Origin: Candidatus Dojkabacteria bacterium
Lineage (GTDB): Bacteria > Patescibacteriota > Dojkabacteria > SC72
Length of the DNA stretch: 64,000 nt
Direction: 5' to 3'
Assembly (NCBI GenBank): GCA_050950145.1
Contig: JBMNHB010000001.1
Location: 53,136 to 117,135 of the forward strand
The position numbers and the translations under genes were made by a program. How positions within the stretch are numbered: the stretch's first letter is position 1; every line of letters starts with the position of its first letter. Under the pieces are notes generated by a model. It saw only the letters and a program-made list of their open reading frames with translations, was not told the DNA's origin and did not search any database. Positions 59,968 to 64,000 of the stretch are shown piece by piece.

Positions 59968-60009
59968 ATACTGAAATTTTAATACAGATATGTCTTTGTT
60001 TATCTCTAA

Positions 60010-61041
60010 CTACTCCTTAGATATCTTTGCAATAAAGAAACCCATCATCATCTTGTTAGGAATAATTCTAATAGCATTCTTTACTTGGTTGTCATAAACA
60101 TTACCACTCCATTTTCTAATACCAGGTTTAATAAATTCTTCTAATTCTGGCATTGATTTAACAATCTCATCCTTAAGTTCAATCTTTTCCACTTTTGCAT
60201 TAGGAAATGTCTTCAAAAGATGAGTAACTACTCCTTCATTCTCCTCAGGTTCTAATGTACAAGTAGAGTAAACCATATAGCTACCATGCTTTAATGTCTT
60301 AAATGCAGAAACAATTAACTCCTTCTGAACAAACACACTCCTCTTCACTTTGTCCATACTCCAGAATCTTAGGGGTTTAGGGCCTTTGAAATATATCAAA
60401 CCCTCACCACTACATGGAGCATCTAAAAGAACCTTATCAAAATATACAGGATATTTCTGTCCAAATTCTTTACCATCACTAAGTGTAACCTTTGCTTTAG
60501 CACCGAATTGATCTACTACACTCTGAAGATCAGATATCCTACTCATATCAATATCATTTGCAATGATATTGGCATTGTTGCTGACCATATCTGCAATATG
60601 TGTAGTCTTACTACCAGGAGCAGCACACATATCTAATATTTTCTCATTTCTCTTCGGATTCAGTATCAATGTAGCTAAAATACTAGAAAGATTCTGAATG
60701 TAATACTTACCATCGTCATACAATTCTGTTTGAGAAACCTCTGCCTTATCCTTATTCATTACAAAATATGTGTTCTCTGACCAAGGAATCTCTTCTAGCT
60801 CATATCCTCTTCTTAGTAATTCCTTCTTTGTTTCTTCAACATTACCCATTAATGAATTCAATCTAATTGTTGTAATTGGTCGCTGTGAGAATATCCAAGG
60901 AATTCTTCCTTTAGGTACCATTAATATACTAGCCATTCTTGAAACAAAGATGTCGTCCTTTGTGTAGAATTTATCTCTAACAGGTCTTTTTGTAAAAGCT
61001 TCTCTTCTTTTTTTGTAGCTAGATCTCTTTTTCTTCTTCAT
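60010..61041 (-). CDS. rsmB: NOL1/NOP2/Sun-family rRNA m5C methyltransferase
   Basis: SAM motif LDMCAAPGSKT; catalytic LLDAPCSGEG; ...STCTLEPEENE. Confidence 0.8.
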   Translation of the reverse strand: MKKKKRSSYKKRREAFTKRPVRDKFYTKDDIFVSRMASILMVPKGRIPWIFSQRPITTIRLNSLMGNVEETKKELLRRGYELEEIPWSENTYFVMNKDKAEVSQTELYDDGKYYIQNLSSILATLILNPKRNEKILDMCAAPGSKTTHIADMVSNNANIIANDIDMSRISDLQSVVDQFGAKAKVTLSDGKEFGQKYPVYFDKVLLDAPCSGEGLIYFKGPKPLRFWSMDKVKRSVFVQKELIVSAFKTLKHGSYMVYSTCTLEPEENEGVVTHLLKTFPNAKVEKIELKDEIVKSMPELEEFIKPGIRKWSGNVYDNQVKNAIRIIPNKMMMGFFIAKISKE

Positions 61042-61043
61042 AG

Positions 61044-61781
61044 CTATATCTCTCCTTTAAGGTATTTAATAATACTACCAATTACTAATCCAGTTGTCTC
61101 TGTTCTTAATATATTTCCTTTTAGCTTAATAAATTTGAAATTTAATTCTTTGAAAATTTCTAAATCAGAAATATCCCATCCTTTCTCTGGACCAATTGCA
61201 ACTATTACTGGCTTTTTAATATCAACATTCCTTAAAATATCTTCCAAATATTTGGCATCATGAACCTCTGTAGCTAGACATATTTTTACAGAATCATTTG
61301 GGAAGTTGTAATTAACTAATTCTTTAATATACAAAGGTCTCTCAATTATAGTAGGAAATATATTTCTAGATTGTTCTGTAGCATCCCTAACTAGCTTGTT
61401 CCAATATCCAGTATCCTTAATAGCTTTATTTTTCTTTTTTAATGAATATTTAGATTCAACAGGAATTATCTTCTCAATACCAATCTCTACACTCTTTTCA
61501 ATAAAGAAGTTAAATTTTGGATCATTACTTAGTGATTGAATAATTGTAATATCAGGGATATGTTCAGATTCTCTTTCACCCAAGTCCTCTACAATCTGTA
61601 CTTCAACAGAAGCAGGTAGAATATCTGATATCTGAGCTAGGAATCTTCTCTCATATGTCTCTATTTCAATATAGTCTTCTATTTTCAACTTCCCTTCTTC
61701 AATGATATTCCTACTGTCTGAATCGGAAAGATAGGTAATATCCTCAACAGAAAGTTTATGTTTAACAAAGAATTTTTGCAT
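61044..61781 (-). CDS. rsmE: 16S rRNA (uracil1498-N3)-methyltransferase RsmE-like (SPOUT)
   Basis: C-terminal LRTETTGLV (like RsmE LRtETA) and size of 245 aa. Confidence 0.55.
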   Translation of the reverse strand: MQKFFVKHKLSVEDITYLSDSDSRNIIEEGKLKIEDYIEIETYERRFLAQISDILPASVEVQIVEDLGERESEHIPDITIIQSLSNDPKFNFFIEKSVEIGIEKIIPVESKYSLKKKNKAIKDTGYWNKLVRDATEQSRNIFPTIIERPLYIKELVNYNFPNDSVKICLATEVHDAKYLEDILRNVDIKKPVIVAIGPEKGWDISDLEIFKELNFKFIKLKGNILRTETTGLVIGSIIKYLKGEI

Positions 61782-61800
61782 GTCTAATTATACCTTACTA

Positions 61801-62214
61801 TTACTTGATTTGGGATATGTTTGTTACTATTTTAATCTTAGAAGGTATTGCCTTCTTTATCTTTTCAAAATCTTTTTTATCTCTTGTTAGGATGTAATCA
61901 CAATTGTTTTCTATGGCTGTTAGATATTGCAATGAATCCTCGTAATCAGGTGATATATGTTTTGTGGCATCTATAATAATTTTACTTGTTAGTGGTAGTA
62001 TATTCATTGTGGATATAATTTCTGAGAATCTTAAAAACTCTTCAGAATCCATCTTTATCTTGAAAACATATAGTACAACTGGAACGCTTAAAGCTGATAT
62101 ACAAATAATTGGAAAGTACTCAGCATCAATTAACTGTTCTACACCACTATCATATTGTGTCCTTTCTCCTACTAAATCCGCTAATATGTTTGTGTCTAAG
62201 AATATCTTTTTCAT
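61801..62214 (-). CDS. vapC: PIN-domain toxin VapC
   Basis: IFLDTNIL N-terminus, conserved acidic residues, ILTRDKKDF. Confidence 0.8.
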   Translation of the reverse strand: MKKIFLDTNILADLVGERTQYDSGVEQLIDAEYFPIICISALSVPVVLYVFKIKMDSEEFLRFSEIISTMNILPLTSKIIIDATKHISPDYEDSLQYLTAIENNCDYILTRDKKDFEKIKKAIPSKIKIVTNISQIK

Positions 62215-62504
62215 TTTCTATACTTTTCAATCATAATTTTCTTAAATTCTTCATTTGCATCAATATTCTTGTGTTTCTGTGTGGCAAGATGCCCTAGAGG
62301 GAGTTGCAAGGCTTTTCTCATCTGTTCTCTTCTAATTTCTTGTTTGCTCTCTATCTTGACCTCATATTGTTCTGGGATATAGTAGCCAATGGGAATACCT
62401 TTCTCATATATTCTCACCAATGAATCCTTTAACTGTGTTAGATTGTGTCTAAAATCTCTTAGATTGATTTTTGTATATTCTTTGTTCTTCATGTTTTCCT
62501 TCAT
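62211..62504 (-). CDS. Phd/YefM-type antitoxin candidate (VapB partner)
   Basis: 4-nt overlap with the vapC start; N-terminal TKINLRDFRHNLTQLKDSL...PIGYYIPEQYE resembles Phd/YefM fold. Confidence 0.5.
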   Translation of the reverse strand: MKENMKNKEYTKINLRDFRHNLTQLKDSLVRIYEKGIPIGYYIPEQYEVKIESKQEIRREQMRKALQLPLGHLATQKHKNIDANEEFKKIMIEKYRK

Positions 62505-62815
62505 ACTTAAATTATTTCATATAGTTCTTACAAAATTCTTACTATTTAGAACTTTGTTTTTCACCATACTTTTTCTCTAATAGTTTTCTGTATTCTTTCT
62601 TGTAGTCAAAATTGTCTTTGTTTTTAACTTTGAGAATACCGATTATGCCTTGTAAGATTTCTCTGTCTTTTTTTCTTGTATTTCTCTTTCTCATGTTAAA
62701 CATAAGTTTAACATCTTTGTATTTAAATTACAATATTGAAAAATTTTTCTTACTAACTTGACATCTTACAGTTATTTTTGTTTGATATAAGTATATAAAG
62801 TTAATATATTTTTAT

Positions 62816-64000
62816 ATGGATTTACAACGATTAAAGATTTTAAAAAGGATGAAGATTTTAAGAACCATATCTAAAATAGTTCTTGTTTTGGCAGGATTAT
62901 TTCTCTTAGGATATATAGGATATGTAGTATTTATCGGGGTTAAGTATAGACCGTATAAGGTGAGGGTTACTAATGTAACAGATAGTGCATTTACAGTATC
63001 ATGGGTAACGGATACTCCTATGACTGGTATTGTTTACTATGGAGAGAAAGATAATTTTCTTCCAGGACCTTTATCATGGATAGGTAAGAAGAAGGCAGTA
63101 GATGATAGGGATAGTTCTAATGCTATGAGTGAGTGTGTTAGTAAGTTTAATAAGAAGGCAGCTAAGAGTAAGGATGTTAATTTTACTGTAGATGTTGGTA
63201 ATTTTAATTGTAATGATGTTAAGGTATTTAAATATGGTAAATACTATACCCATCATATTACAGTACAGAACTTAGATGCAGAGAAGGAATATTTCTTTAG
63301 AGTAGGTGATGGGGTTGTTAGTTATGGGAAGAATAGAGGGGTATATCAAGAAGGTGAAGTAGGTGGTGTGTCAGAGTTTAAAGCTAAAACGTTTGCACTT
63401 TTTAAAGATTTTTCTAAACCTATTCCTGCATATGGTACGGTAGATACTGTATATCGTCATAAAGATGGTTATTTTCTTCTTAAAAAAGATTTTGATTCTA
63501 TTGTCTTCTTAACAGTAAAGGTACCCGATATGGATCCTATTCTTTTCTCTTCTGTGTCTAATTCAGATGGTGGTTGGAGTATAGATTTAAGTAACTCAAG
63601 AATGGAAGATGGAACAATAGTAGATATTTCAGATGCGATTATGAACTTTATTCCTCAGTCTCAGAATCATTGGTCAGCTAGATCAAAGGAATATAAATAT
63701 AAGGATTTAATTTTTCCTTTAAATTTAGCTGCTAACCAAGAGGAGGATACAAGAGAAGAAGTTGCAGGAGTATTTAATAAGTTTATTAAGGTTAGTGAAG
63801 CTGCACCAAAAGTATTACAACACTTATCACCATTACCATCAACACCAACACCAAATGGTAATGCAGAAACAACATCAAGAGACAATAATAATGAAAGCAC
63901 AGCATGTAAGGAGAATGGAGACAAAGGTCCTTATACATATTGTGGAGATTGTTATTATAGATACACTGTCGGAGGTAAAACAGGTGCTGATGCTACAACT
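62816..64000 (+). CDS. Membrane-anchored FN3-like domain protein (3' end beyond window); paralog of 38382..38789
   Basis: ATG at 62816, open to window end. TM helix then VTNVTDSAFTVSWVTD...GIVYYGE...YFFRVGDG (purple-acid-phosphatase N-terminal-like FN3); no metallophosphatase motifs seen. Confidence 0.5.
   Translation, partial: MDLQRLKILKRMKILRTISKIVLVLAGLFLLGYIGYVVFIGVKYRPYKVRVTNVTDSAFTVSWVTDTPMTGIVYYGEKDNFLPGPLSWIGKKKAVDDRDSSNAMSECVSKFNKKAAKSKDVNFTVDVGNFNCNDVKVFKYGKYYTHHITVQNLDAEKEYFFRVGDGVVSYGKNRGVYQEGEVGGVSEFKAKTFALFKDFSKPIPAYGTVDTVYRHKDGYFLLKKDFDSIVFLTVKVPDMDPILFSSVSNSDGGWSIDLSNSRMEDGTIVDISDAIMNFIPQSQNHWSARSKEYKYKDLIFPLNLAANQEEDTREEVAGVFNKFIKVSEAAPKVLQHLSPLPSTPTPNGNAETTSRDNNNESTACKENGDKGPYTYCGDCYYRYTVGGKTGADATT

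Overview
Low-GC, gene-dense bacterial window read in the standard genetic code; conserved genes are intact with TGA as a stop. Most of it is housekeeping. It has the 3' part of rpoC, then rpsL-rpsG, the HrcA heat-shock regulon (hrcA-grpE-dnaK, groES-groEL, dnaJ), a folD-glyA-thyX-dcd one-carbon/thymidylate operon, murJ, recF, lepA, ksgA, rpsT, holA, an LCP-family protein, mltG, ruvX, a short alaS, nusA, a short infB, a form II/III-like RuBisCO, rpsO, pnp, rsmB and rsmE. The short IF2 and AlaRS, the sparse Shine-Dalgarno sequences and the RuBisCO fit a reduced-genome (CPR-like) bacterium; this is inference. Accessory content: (1) a class II Fic/Doc protein with its own consensus promoter where fusA-tuf normally follow rpsG; (2) an intact ~1 kb IS481-like element with a 6-bp target duplication just upstream of rplY; (3) a LexA-like repressor, dinD homolog and SprT-like metallopeptidase cluster; (4) an orphan type IV secretion-like module (VirB3-like, split VirB4) next to a protease-less Lon-type AAA+ protein, a nucleotidyltransferase-fold protein and a 169-bp perfect-stem inverted-repeat element; (5) a sortase with candidate VPETG substrate and several large surface proteins; (6) a VapC/YefM toxin-antitoxin pair; (7) a ~1 kb ORF-poor convergent gap after pnp packed with 5-N7-5 palindromes and direct repeats. 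All three chaperone operons carry a reduced CIRCE operator, TTAGCA-N15-TGCTAA. No rRNA, tRNA or CRISPR array was recognisable.
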